The notes under the pieces are model-generated. The model did no database searches. It had not been told where the DNA came from and saw nothing but the letters and a program-made list of their open reading frames with translations. A stretch of DNA of 64,000 nt, taken from the NCBI RefSeq assembly GCF_009914755.1, contig NC_060947.1; one strand, 5' to 3'. This document shows, in pieces, positions 40,369 through 54,659 of this stretch (positions are counted from its first letter, which is position 1; every line of letters starts with the position of its first letter). The translations under genes were made by a program, and so were the position numbers. The DNA comes from the human T2T-CHM13v2.0 reference genome, Homo sapiens.

Positions 40369-40912
40369 ATACAGTCAGCCCTCTGTATTGTGGGTTCTGC
40401 ATCCATGGAGTCAACCAACTGTGGATCAAAAATATTTTTAAAATATTGCATCTGTACTGAACATGTACAGACTTTTTATTCTTGTCATTATTCCCTAAAC
40501 CAATATTGTAAAACAAACTATTTACATAGTATTTACATTGTGTAAGGTATCATAAGTTATCCAGGGATGGTTTAAAGCAAGCTTGTCCAACCTGTGGCCC
40601 AGGACAGCTTTGAATACGGCCCAACACAAATTCATAAACTTTCTTAAAATGTTATTAGATTTTTTTCACAGTTTTCTTTAGCTCATCAGCTGTCATTAGT
40701 GTTAGTGTATTTTATTTGTGGCCCAAGACAATTCTTCCAGTGTGGCCCTGGGAAGCCAAAAAACTGGATACCCAGGCTTTAAGGTATATGAGGGAGGATG
40801 TGCATAGGTTATATGCAAATACTAAACCATTTCATATCAGGGACTTAAACATCCACGGGTTTTAGTATCTGTGGAAGGTCCTGGAACCAATCCTCCTGTA
40901 CACCAAGAGACA
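40369..40912. mobile_element. MER2-like (Tigger) element with nested MER30-like element (about 40578-40776)
   Basis: cagtcagccctctgtattgtgggttctgcatccatgg...ggtcctggaaccaatcc; inner caagcttgtccaacctgtggccc...tggataccc. Confidence 0.7.
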
Positions 40913-41049
40913 AACATTGTGTTCTTGCTGATATCTTAACACTGGTTCTTATTCTGCTAGTGATGTGGAGGTTCCCAGAGCATCATTAGTCAGACCAGGA
41001 GTCTGAAGAAGGCCAAGAATCCGAAGAATCAGGTTCTTTTTAAAATTAA

Positions 41050-42186
<1,137 letters not shown>

Positions 42187-45059
42187 GCTACACAGGATTA
42201 TTATAAGTTAATGTATGTGAACATATTTGAGGATATAATTACCAGAAGAAGGAAACTATAAAATATTTGAATGAGTTACCAAGGGATGCTATGGAATGTT
42301 ATTTTGAAATCATTAAAAACAGAAGGGCCTTTCCTTTGGTGGACAGGCATTAAGCACATTTGCAGGCAGAGGGAAGCAATCTGTAATCGGTGATCATCTT
42401 TCCATGTGGTAAAATAAACTAACCTGTTCTTTCTTGGCAAGCTGGCATTTGCCACAGAAACATAGAGGAGGCCACAACTGGTGCTTAGTCTTTCTCTTAT
42501 CAAATTTCTGAGATATATTCCTGAAGTTAGGGACTAAATCCATGCTAGGATGGTATGAAGTAAAAAGTATACGAAGATGTTTGCATAATGCTCTCCTTCT
42601 TATCCAAATGATTCACAAAGGAATACTTGAAACTTTGGGTTGGTTTGGGTGAAGTCATGCTAGATATAGGATAATGGACCTTTATTATCTTGTCTCAATG
42701 ACCTTGCCAATTACTTTCCAAGTGGATGTTTCTAAAGATTTAATGCTTTGAAAGAATCATTGTCACAATACGAGGTGGAGGGCATTCTCTGTGCAACTGG
42801 CAGTGTGTTGGAGGCATAGCCAATGTGTAGCCCACAATATAGTTAGCTTTCGCCAGGCCAGGAGTGGTGCATGTGAGCTGCAGCCCCACCAGAGCTCAAA
42901 GCCAGAATAAGGAAGTGCTTCAGAGGAAGTTAGACTAGGAGGATTTGCTAATCCTCAAGGATTCCCTACAGTCTTTGATTGTTCTTAGGTCTCCTGAAAG
43001 GGTCATTTGTGAACTACAGCTTCAAGACAGTCCTGTTCCCTCACATTTTTACCCAAGCTCAAAGTCATCATCTAATATTGGTTCTAACTATGAGATGAAT
43101 TGTGTCTCTGGCATGTCCTTCCAATTTTTGTAATGCCTGCAGCCATCTCTTCTCCTGTCTTCCATGGGCAGCTATTCACTAGTCATGATGTACCACATAC
43201 TATTTCCTAGATCCTGGAATTTCTCCAGTGCAATTATATCAGCTAGCATTTATTAGGTGCTAATTATATACCAGACACCATTTTAAATTCGTTGTGCTAA
43301 CTAACTAATGTAATTCTCATAACTGTCATTATCTTCATCTTACAGATGAGGAAACTGACACAGAGTAGCTTAGCAACCTTCTAGTTAGTAAGTGGTGAAG
43401 TTGAAATTCAAATATAGGGTTTTTTTTTTTTTTTTCGGATACCAGATCCTATTCTTATAACCACTAGTATCATTTTATATCTCTCCCAAAAAGCATATAC
43501 AAACAAACAACCACAACTTTTTTTCCCTCTCAGAAAGCTGAAGAAAGACTTGGAAATAGAACCCCTTTTCCTGTTACCTCCAAGTTCTGTTTTTATTTCC
43601 CTTATTGTAGACCCTGTCATCTGCGCTGTAATATTTGAAAACCAAAAAAATCTTTCTAGAAGTATTACATCTCTTTCCAGACTCTCTAAGGGCCTGGGAG
43701 CCTCTCATAGCAGCCAAGCCTCAAGGACAAGCCTGTGTAGGGTCCTACCAGGTTAAGATTGAGTGTCTATTCTCATGTTTGAACAGTGTTTTGAGGAAAC
43801 ACTGTATCTGTCTAGGAAAATAACCAAGATGTATTTTCAAAAGTAGTTGTATTTTTCTACTAAGTTGTTTTTCTGAAGGGTAAGCCAGTCTGTGATTTTT
43901 CTCTGCAGCAATGAACAAATTTGGAGGAGGAAAGAAATTCAGTAGAATTTGGTTTAAATTGACCATAAGGACATTTCCTACTCCCCCTTTTTTTAGTTTT
44001 AGTTTTGAATTTTTCATATATTTTCAAGAAGGGGCCATGTTTAGCTCCTCAGCTGCACAATTCTTTCCTTTCTTTCTTGATAAATTAAAGATGCTTCATG
44101 GGGATTTTTAAATGTCAGATCCTATAACAGGCAAATGCTGTATTGCACACAGTTATTTTTTTAAAGGCAAAAGTTTGTAGCTTTTTCAAAAAGAGTTTAA
44201 AGTGTAAATACTCTTTTTTATTCATTGTATTCCCATAGAGATGCTTCTGTTATGTCAAAATTGTGAACATTTGCCCTTTGTGGATAAAGTTCTCTTGATG
44301 TTTCCTCAAGGGGTGAAGAGGGTAACGAGAAGTTACATGTCTGTAGGTGTTTTTTAAAACAAGCTATATTGAATGCATGTATCCAAATGGTACTGCAGCA
44401 CCGGAGAAGGGAACACTATGGAAAAAAATTTTCCTGTTTGTAAATAGGAATCTGGCACCCACCCTCACCAAAGGTGCATTTTAATCTTTCCCACATAACT
44501 GCCTCTGTTCTCCTTGGATATGAACTAATTTACCTTACCTAATACAAAGAAGCTTATCAACTATAAAGATAGACCCAGAGGATTTGGATTTCTTTGCTCC
44601 TTTTCCATCCTACTGTTAGACACTTATTGCCAGTTTTCCAGTTAGGAGCATTGCAAAATTGCCAGGTAGGACTTTCAGCTAAAAGAAAAATGGTGACTTT
44701 TGATTAGTTGTGCAGACAAAAAAAGTCCCAAGAGAGGTTAATAAAAATTCAATGGGGTCAAAGATCTCAGTTACCAGATGGATAGTATGGCCTCTGCCTC
44801 AGGGGTCTTTATGAGCTACTTGTAAGATATAGGTTATCTCATCTTGTATCAATTAAAAACTCGGCCTAGCTATCAGGGTCTCTTGCCTTAGCACTGCCAT
44901 GAAGTAGAGAGCCACACAGGCCAAAGGGACACTGCCCTGCACATTCATATTTCATTCCATTTTCATTAACTTTGATGACTGGCTTGCTGAATCCTGGTAA
45001 GACTCTTATCACTGTCTTGCTGTCCTCATTAGTTTTTATAGGATGTAGGCCTAAAATTT

Positions 45060-46230
45060 AAAAAATAAAACTATTTTTTTTGAGGTATGGCATGCATATA
45101 GTAAATTGCGCAAATTTTAAGGGTGCATATCAATGCTTTTATTTTTTAACATATGTGATTATATCAAGATATAGAACATTACCAGCACCCCAGAAGGCTT
45201 CCTCATATCCCTTCCCAGTCAATAACCCCCTACCCAGAGGTAACCACTTTGTTCCCGTAGATTTGTGTGCCTGTTCTTGGATTTCATGTAAATGTAGTGA
45301 TATGGTAGCTAATTTTATGCATCTGGTTGATTTCAACATTCTTGTGCCTGTATCTTGGTGGATATTTGTACGCTCTTTGGTTATATACTTAGGAGTAGCA
45401 TTCCAGGGTCATGTGATAGAGGTATGATTGGTTTTAGTAGATACTGCCAAATAGTTTTCCAAGGTAGTTTTACCAGTTAACAATTTCACCAGCAATCTAT
45501 GAGAGTTCCAGTTGTTCCATGTTTTCAGTGCTTGGTATTGTCAGTCTTTTTCATTTTAGCTCTTCTGGTGGGTTTTGCATATCTCATTGTGGTTTTAATT
45601 TGCACTTCCCTGATGAGCAATAGTGATGAACACCTATTTATATGCTTGTGAGCCATTCGGATATTCTCCTCTATGAAGTGCCAGTTCAATTCTTTTATAT
45701 TTTTTAAAAATTAGATTGATTATGTTTTTCGTATTGATTTGTAGTTTAAAAAATGTATGAATGTAGTGGATAGAAGTCCTTTGTTAGATATATATTGTGA
45801 ATATTTTATCCCAGTCTGTGGTTGGCTTTTCATCCTCTTAAGGTATAATTAATTAATCTTTTCTTTCATGGTTAATGTTTTTTGTCCTCTGGGAAATATT
45901 TGCCTACCTAAGGTCATGAAGAGTTTCTCTGGTGGTGTGATCTAGAAGCTTTGTTGTTTTGACTTTCATTTTTAGGCCTATGATTCATTTCAAATCATTA
46001 TTAGTATTATTTTGGTATCTGGTATGAGGTAAGGGTCATGGTTCCATTGATTTATTTGTCTGTCCTTGAGCCAGTACTACGCTGTCTTAATTTCTCTAGC
46101 TCTGTAACTAGCCTTGATATCTGGTAGCATATGTCCTTCAATTTGTTCTTCCTGAAGATGTTTCACTATTACTAGCCTTTATTTATTCTTATGCATTTTA
46201 GAATCACTTTGTCCAAATTGCCCTTTGGGA
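45060..46230 (-). mobile_element. Old L1M fragment
   Basis: ctcattgtggttttaatttgcacttccctgat; ccagtactacgctgtcttaat. Confidence 0.75.
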
Positions 46231-46290
46231 GTGGTTTTGATCTTTTTGACTCATTAGTTTTCCCTTTGTCCCTCTAACTTCAAAATCTAG

Positions 46291-46436
46291 GTAACCTTTT
46301 AAGGTGGAGACCGGTGGCCTGTTTGGGGCAGTTCCCCTCTAGAGGGAGAATTTGTCTCTGAAGTACCAGGAGACTGCAGGAGATTTTCCTGTGCTTTTCC
46401 TACCCAGACACCAGCCCAGAACTCAGGTGACTTCAG
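46291..46436 (+). other. Candidate internal non-coding exon of the antisense transcript
   Basis: Pyrimidine tract + ctaac + tag at 46290, alternative acceptor ttttcctacccag at 46407, donor CAG|gtaaga at 46437. Confidence 0.25.
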
Positions 46437-47257
46437 GTAAGAAAAACTAGCCCTGCATTTTGGGCTTCTCAAGTTTCCAGCCCATTATTTTAGTGTCTCC
46501 CAATGGCCCAAAGTTATGCTCATTTCTCCTTTCCTCAGGAGAGTCCTTCTGCCTTACAGCCAAGCTTCATCTTCAACAGTGCCCAGAATTAGCAAATGCC
46601 ACAGGAAAGGAAAAAAGCCCCTGATTGTCAGTTCACTTAGAAAGGGCTCTTTAATCTCGTCCTTGCTTATCCTTAAACCTATCGATTTCGCAATTTATCT
46701 TTTTTTTTTTTGGTGGGGGCGGGTGTGGTTTTTTTTGTTGTTGCAGGAGCGTTCACATCCTGTTTGGAAACAAAGTCTGCAAATTGTTTAATAGGCCGAG
46801 CCTTGATATCCGCATCCCTCTCAGCTCTATCACAGGTAAGTAGTTTATGAACATTTGGGCCAATTCAGTAGGTCAGTGGAAAGATAGGTAATGGATATAT
46901 CCCTGAACCTCCCAGTCACAGATATTGGGGATTTCCTAGGGGACTGATCTGCCTAAGTCACATTCAACTTGGAATTCAGCCAGTTTCTAGGGATAGCAAA
47001 TGACATTAACATTCTCAGTTCTATTCCTGCTTAGGAGAATGAGATGTCAGCTCTGGCCCTGAATAAGGCAAATTTGCTCCTGTAGTCACCTAAATTTGTG
47101 CCCTCTAGCACAGGACTTTAGAAGTCCGACCTGGGCTGACATCCAGCTCTGCATCTTTACTTATGTGATCATGGGCAAATTACTGAATCTCTCTAATCCT
47201 CAGTTTTTCCACCTATAACTTCATAGGCTGATTTTATTGTGAGGATTAAATGTACTA

Positions 47258-47577
47258 CAGGTTGAGTATCTCTAATCTCAACATTTGAAATACTAAATGC
47301 TTCAAAATCCAAAACGTTTTGAGCACCAACATGACACCTTTGCTTTCTGATGGTTTAGCGTACACAAACTTTGTTTAGTGCACAACATTATTAAACATAT
47401 TCTATAAAATTACATTCAGGCTATGTGTATAAGGTGTTTATGAAACATAAATGAATTTCATGTTTAGACTTGGGTCCCATTCCTAAGATATCTCATTATG
47501 TATATTTAAATACTTCAAAATCTGAAATCCAAAACACTTCTGGTACCAAGCATTTTGGATAAGGGATACTCAACCTG
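47258..47577. mobile_element. Tigger4/Zombi-like MITE inserted in a MIR
   Basis: TIRs caggttgagtatc / gatactcaacctg, flanked by TA on both sides. Confidence 0.88.
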
Positions 47578-47729
47578 TAATATAAGAAAAGTGGGTTTTA
47601 CAGTCCTTGACACACAATAGGTCTCCCATTAATGTGACAATTTATTAGAAAAATTTTTATGGGTACATCATTGCATCTGACATATGCTTTCAGAGGCTGG
47701 GGATTGTGCTTGGTTACTTTTTTGAGGGG

Positions 47730-48591
47730 AGTAAAATTTACATATAGTGAAATGTACAAATCTTTAGAGTACCATTCAATGAGTTTTGACACACGCATTC
47801 TCCTGTGTAACCCACAACCGTACCTAAACATGATCATTACCATCACTCTAGAAAGTTCCTTTATGCCCCTTCCCAATCAGTTCCTACTCCCATAAATGCA
47901 AGCACTATTCTGATTTCTTTCTACATAGATTATTTTGCATTTTCTAAAATTGTATATGGATGGAATCATACAGCATATAATCTTTTGTGTCTGGCTTCTT
48001 TCATTAAGTATAATGTTGATTATTCCTCCATGTTGTTGTCCCTCTCAGTAGTGCCTTTCTTTTTATTGCTTATTAGTATCACATTGTGTGAATATACCAC
48101 AGTTTGCTTATTCATAATCTTCTTGATAGTTACCTGAGCTCTTTCTACTTTTTGGTGATTATGCATACAACTTCTATAGCTATTCTTGTAAAAGTCACTT
48201 TGTGAACTTTCACTTAATTTGGGTAAATACCTATGAGTAGAATTGCTGGGATATAGATAGGTGCATGATTAGTTTTATAGGAAACTGATAGATGTTTTTC
48301 CAAAAACATAATATGATTTTATGCTCCTACCAGTAGTATAAATGTGTGTGAGAATTCTGGTTCCTCTACATCTTTGTCAATATTTGATGTTGTCAGTCTT
48401 TAATTTTAGCCAATCTACTGAGTATATTGCGGTATCTTAGTGTGATGTCAATTTGCATTTCTTTGATTACTAATAATGTTGAGGATGTTTTCATGTGCTT
48501 ATTAGCTCTTCATTTGAATTGTCTGTTCAGATCTTTTGGCCATTTTTAAGTTGGGTTGTTTGTCTTTTTATTATTGAGTTGTAGGGGTTCT

Positions 48592-48626
<35 letters not shown>

Positions 48627-48780
48627 GCGTGTGTGCGCACACACACACATATATCTGACAATGAACTTTATATATTCTGGTTGAAAGTTCATTGTCAGAT
48701 ATATATTTTGTGAATATTTTCTCTCAGTCTCTGGGTTGCCTGTTCATTTTATTAACTGTATGATTTGATGAGTTTGTCCA
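47730..48780 (-). mobile_element. Old L1M 3' fragment containing a (TA)n/(CA)n tract
   Basis: atggaatcatacagcat..gtctggcttctttca; gggtaaatacctatgagtagaattgctgg. Confidence 0.75.
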
Positions 48781-50169
48781 TTTTTGTATCCCCTGTTTCC
48801 CACATGCATGGTTGAAGCTTGATAATATTTACTGAATGAATGAGCTGAAAGTTGTTCCTCCCTCCCTCCTTCCATTATTTCTTTTTTTCAAAGACACTTA
48901 CTGATTATATACTATGCTGGCAAGCACTCTTCTGTTCTTTGGGGATATAGCAGAAAACAAATCAGACAGATTTCTTAGTCTCATGACAATTACATTTTAG
49001 TCTATATGTATGTGGGGGTAAGGTGAGAGACAGAAAAACAAATAATTAAGCAAGAAAATGTGAGCTAGTTATAGATACCATCATGCAAAAATGAAATTTG
49101 TGTGTAATGGGAAAGGAATGATTAGGGGCTTTACCCAGGTTGAGGGGTAAGAAATCTGAGGAGATAATATTAAAGTAGATATCAGAATGACACGAAATCA
49201 TTCCCCACTCCTCCCCCACCAAGGAGAAAGGGATCCCAGGCAGAGGATATAGCTAATAAAAAGTCCCTTAAAGTGAGTTAAGGCTAGGCATAAACTATCC
49301 AAAAGACCCCTTTAGGCTAGTTAAGGTGTCCAGAGTTGGTTGCTTTGGAAATTACCATAACTGGCATAAGCTGATGCCACACTCTTACTCTTTCTTATTA
49401 TTGGAATACTTAGCAGTTTCTTCAAGTTTCTCCTTGCCCTCTCCTCACCCACTAGTTGCTAAATTCTGAGATTGAGAATAAAAAATAAAAAAAAAGCTAA
49501 TACAAGGGTCAAGAAAGTTAAGGCAAGGTCACTAATTTTTTTTCCCATCAAAAGTGACTGAGTCCCCCGCCCCACAAAAAAACTCATGGGCCACATAAAG
49601 TAATAAGTAACTACATTTCTCTTATAAGAGAGCAAAATATGGAATGTTCTACCTCTCTGCTTTTTATGTTTAGGTTGTGTAATGTACAACTCAATAAATA
49701 CAATAAAAATTTGATGAATCAAATATAATTTATTCCAATTTTTTTCCAGTTTTAGGAGAGAGAGACAAGAAAAGATGATGGAAAAGGTTAAGAGTAGATG
49801 GAGATAGAGAGGGTGTGAAATAGAATGAAACACATAAGTGAATAAATGGAAGCATATTGATCAAGAGGAGGAATAAAAGAGTCCCAGAGGAAGATAGAGA
49901 AGCTGAGAAAAAAAACTGGGTGAATGGGAAGTCAGAAGTTAAATAGGTTTTGTGTGAGTGTGTTCCTGTCATCTTCTTGTGCCTTTGGGCTGTATATACC
50001 ATCTAGTAGTTATTGCTTCCTTTGAAAAATGTGATGGTGCTCTCTTACAATATTTAACACACATCTTTCTTCTGTGTTTTCCTTCTGATGAGCTGATGCA
50101 TGTTCTAAATAAATGCCAAATTCCTTTCCTTGATTTCTCTCCATATTTTCTTACATGAGACGTTTTTCT

Positions 50170-51850
50170 CTTAAATCAAACAAACAGATCCTTTGAATTA
50201 ATAAAACAAACTGCTCTGCCTCTAGTACCCGTTCTCCTATATTCCATATGGAAAATTGCCTCCAACAAAATCGTGCCTTCTGGTCATTATCGTTGTGACC
50301 CTTATCATCAGGACAAACCCCATGTGTACTGGTAGGATTTTGGACAAAAAAAAAATGTAGTGATCTGATAGGACTTAGGCTAAGTGGAGATACTATACAA
50401 CTGAGTGGGTCAAAAAAGGCCCTGTGAAGACCAGCAAGCTGTATGTGCAAATCACAGACCATCTGGCTGATGATTTTCTGTACTCCAATAAATATTCAAG
50501 GATTATAGTCAGCTGAAAGTGAAGCCTGTGGCTTGCTGGGCCCCACTCTGGTCAGAACTGCTGAAAACTGGGCAATAATAGACTTGGTAGAATCCTAAAG
50601 GAGTTATATAGATGACTACTTCCTAAGACTTTCAACTAGGAAAAGCCTGACTGGGACTGGAGAAAGGAAGTTAGCCCAATTTACAGAATTAATAGCCAGA
50701 AATTTAACATGTAGATATACCCAAGAAAAAAACTGGTCAAAGGTATATAGCTACACTGATCAGCCATATAGACCTGGACTATTGCAGGAAAAACAATCTG
50801 GTGAAGGGAGATATGAAAATAAATTGGTGAAAGAATTTAGAAATTCTTATAAAGACATGTGTCAGCTCATTAGAACAGAAAAGCAGAATAATCTATTTGG
50901 AATGAGAGGGGAGATAATCTAGGCCCCCAAAACTAATGTAGACCCTGAAGCTTCGGGGACTTTAAGTTTCAACTCAGCTCCCTTTTCAGTTCAATTTAAG
51001 GTTGTAGGATGGGCTTGTGAAACCTCAGGGCATATGGGCATGTATGTGCCAGGTTAGCAGAGAAGAAAGAGTTAGAAAACCTGTGAATCAAATAAACAAG
51101 TGAGTAAGAAATATGAGTGATATCAAAATATTAAAAACTTCTTGCATCCTCAGCAGATTCATTTTAAGTGTGGTGGGGAGTGGTAAACCAGACAAATGTA
51201 GCAGGTAGATTATATTGAGCCAATATCTAGATTTTCAAACAAATAATATTGCCTTACACAAATATATACTTACTCAGAAAGTGGGTTTGCAAAGCCCACT
51301 AGACACGCAGATGAAAATAGTACAACCATGGCTTTAGATAAAGTTGGAAGAACTAGCTGCTAGATATGGAAGTGGGGCAGTAATAGGAAATTATCAAGGA
51401 ACTAGTTTTATAACTGAAATTCTCCAAAGTTTGGCAAAATATGGAGAATATAGGACTTTCATTTACCATAAACTCCCCAGGCTGCAGGGCATCTGGAAAC
51501 TTTAATGAATGGATTCCTAGAAACACAGAAAGAATTCAGCAGCACCCAGATATAAATGGCAATGAGGCAAAGGTGCTAATAATTGACAGACCCTGCGTGA
51601 GTGTATCCTTCCTCAAAAGAGATGCTCAAGAAAGACAGACAAACTACCTATACTCACTTTTCTCCCAAATCTCTTAACAAGAGATAAAGACCATGAGGTT
51701 TTCAAAGGAAAGAGAAGTAGTAGAGCCTCACAAGGCCAGCAACAAAGGAGGGGCTATAGTTAGACATATCGTTTCAACCTTAACAGCAATTCTTGATAGG
51801 GGTAACCAGTAGCCATAGCCTGTAGGATGGATAAAGGCTCAAAGATACTA
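50170..51850 (+). mobile_element. Decayed pol (RT connection/tether, RNase H, integrase) of an ancient class III (ERV-L/ERV-S-like) provirus
   Basis: Hand translation gives colinear motifs: ALPLVP (50213), AFWSL..GFWTK (50335), KWRYY..GP..TSKL (50382), GERKLAQFTELIA..EKNWSKVYSYTD (50659-50760), WTIAGKTIW..HVSAH..WNERGD (50775-50915), WACETSGH (51010), *QVDYIEP..YCLTQIYTYSESGFAKP (51199), LAARYG..NYQGTSF (51389), FHLP*TPQAAGHLE..MNG (51458-51510). Many stops and frameshifts. Confidence 0.85.
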
Positions 51851-52159
51851 ATCTTTATATCTCTCTTTTTTATTATTAGGTCTGCTTTGCTGTTTTCTCT
51901 TGGCTGTGACAGTCCGCCTGATGGTCATTATAACAGCAGTTCACCATTAGTACAAACAAGAGTACCATACATAAATTCTGTGCGCGGTTTACCAACATCA
52001 TCAAAAAGTTATATTGTTCTACTGTTCTCATTCTTTACTTGATCACCATCATAATCATATCAACATCCTAATTTCTGGCCTAAACCAACCACAGAACCAT
52101 TGTTAGCCCCTTATACTATCCATTGTCACCAAGAGTCCATTTGCTAGAGCTTTTAGTGA

Positions 52160-52525
<366 letters not shown>

Positions 52526-52779
52526 GACCCAATTTCTGCCCCCGTCCCCAGGGATGTGAAAACTGATCATTTCTCTGTTTTAATATATTCTTATTTTCTG
52601 TATATTAGCAATATGTGTTTTCTCATAGTTCTGCACATTTTCATTACTAATAACCCATATAACAAGTGAGATTTGATTTACTTCTAGCAAAAGCTGGTCT
52701 TTTTTCATCTTTGTTGTTATTCAGAAAGTTCTGTCTTTTGCCATGTAGGTCTCCCTTTACCTGTACTTACTCTCATGCT

Positions 52780-53600
52780 AGAATTTCTGATGATGGGAGC
52801 AAACAATAGTAAAGAAAAGAAATTCCTTGCCTAATTATGGAGTGGAGAACTGACGAACTCTATCACATCTTGGGACTAATTTCACTGCTCTCCAATGAAT
52901 GCAAATGAAAAGGGGAATATCCCCCAGGGTAGCATTACAGTAAATGAATACATTCACATTAACAAGACAGTGTTGGGATACTTTTATTTGAAAGGATATA
53001 ACTCCTTACTTATCCTTTAAGAAAGCATGTGTCCGACAAAAAATGCTATAGCAGACTAAGGGAGGTAATTTTAAAAGAGTACTATCTACCAGATAATAAA
53101 AGTGCAGAAAGGTTTTCAAATGACTGTTGCCAAGGAGAAAACTGAAAAAGCTGGGACCAAGAGTTCCAGTGCAGGACTGTTCTTGCAAATTCTGACCACA
53201 TTGTAGCTACTTTGCACTATTATTCCCCAAATGGAAAAGGCACACTATACCAAATAATCAAAGAGAGAAGTAATAGAAGGGCTAAGCAAAGCCCTACAAG
53301 GACTATTCACCAATGGAAAGACAAACACTCACCATATTGGACTAAATATCTATGGACTAGATATAGTCCTTAGGCATCAAAGCAGGAAGATGCTACAACC
53401 CCATAATATGTGGAGCTGGCTGGACCCTTGTTTTCCTGGGTCACCTGAACAGATTGTACTGTAATGGTACCTCAGGAACTAGATAAGATATATTCCAGTG
53501 TTTGCTTTGATTCTGTAATTTTATGTGCTTAAGGATTGTTAAGATATAACCCCCGCTCCAAGGAATGGATTGTTGTATTAAGTATGTTTGCTCTATGGAG
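52780..53600 (+). mobile_element. Possible env remnant of the same provirus
   Basis: Frame from 53210 reads LCTIIPQMEKAHYTK*SKREVIEGLSKALQGL...LNIYGLDIVLRHQ...MWSWLDP, resembling TM heptad + immunosuppressive domain + membrane-proximal region. No CX6CC seen. Confidence 0.4.
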
Positions 53601-53676
53601 CAGAATTAGAGTTAATAGTGAAAAGAAATATTTAGGAAATAAGAAAATATTTAGGAACAAGAACTAGTGGGGACGG

Positions 53677-54319
53677 TGTTTTCAGGAGAGAGAAGCAAAT
53701 TAATAAATTGTCAACAGTTATGCGACGGTTTATGATGGAAAGCCATGATATGGAGTTAGTTTCTAAACAGGTTTATGAACAAAGCCCTGTTTTTGTCTTC
53801 TGCAAATTAGCCAACCCTAAGATGTTGCTATAAACAGCTGGTAGGCGATTGACATAAGTCATGTATCTGAAAGCTCAATTAGATGGAGAATTATTAACTA
53901 GTTTAGTCCACTGACTGGATATCGCTGATTGAAATCCTGCATCTCCTCCAGGAGAATGGAGTGAGTGGCTGATCCTTTATGCAAATTAGCCCTTTTCTGT
54001 ATCTTCTTAAGACCAGTGTTAAAGCCAATTATTATATAGCATGGCAGAAAAGAGAGGGGCTCATCATTCTGAGACAAGCTTAAAGGTGTGAAAATCAAGG
54101 AAGATAGGCTGGTAGATGGCATTAGATTAGGTAGTACAAGTTTTCATCCCTATTTGTTTGGGCTAAAATATGTGGGGAGTTGTGCCTATATAAATTCTTA
54201 TGTGTGATGATTACTGCTAGTTATTATCTTATGATTGTTTACAATCTGTATTAGCTATTGATCTAAACCATTTTATTGTTTTCTTTCAAGAGATTTTAAC
54301 TAATAAACTTTCATTCACA
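53677..54319 (+). mobile_element. Possible degenerate 3' LTR
   Basis: Purine-rich agtggggacgg precedes TG at 53677; two TGCAAATTAGCC copies; TATATAAA near 54185; AATAAA at 54302; CA at 54319. No partner LTR found. Confidence 0.25.
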
Positions 54320-54340
54320 AATCAAAAAAACGTGTGGTCA
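54302..54340 (+). terminator. Candidate polyadenylation signal for the TRPC5OS transcript
   Basis: AATAAA at 54302-54307, CA dinucleotides 5-20 nt downstream, then a GT-rich element (cgtgtggtc). Confidence 0.5.
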
Positions 54341-54659
54341 TCTTAAATTACCTGGTGGTGAATTTGGAGGCTACCAAATGGGCCCACAAGAACTTCACTC
54401 AACGTAAGGTAGCAGAGCATAATAAGAGAGAATGTTGTACCAGGATTCTGAAGTTATACTTCTGGCTTTGTCAGATGATCTTAAGCAAATCTCTAAACAT
54501 AGTCCTTTCTCATTTGCAAAATGAGGGTTATTAATAAATTTTCTGCTTACCTTCAGTGATAATAAGGAACAAATGAAATAATAGTTTTCAAAGCCTTTGG
54601 CATGACATATCTGGCATTGAGACAGAATATATGAAATCACGACTTTTCAGGAATATCTG

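Noticed and set aside
51441-52042. ORFs MENIGLSF... and MDKGSKIL... upstream of TRPC5OS
   Set aside because: Chance-open pieces overlapping the frameshifted integrase remnant; not supported as independent genes.
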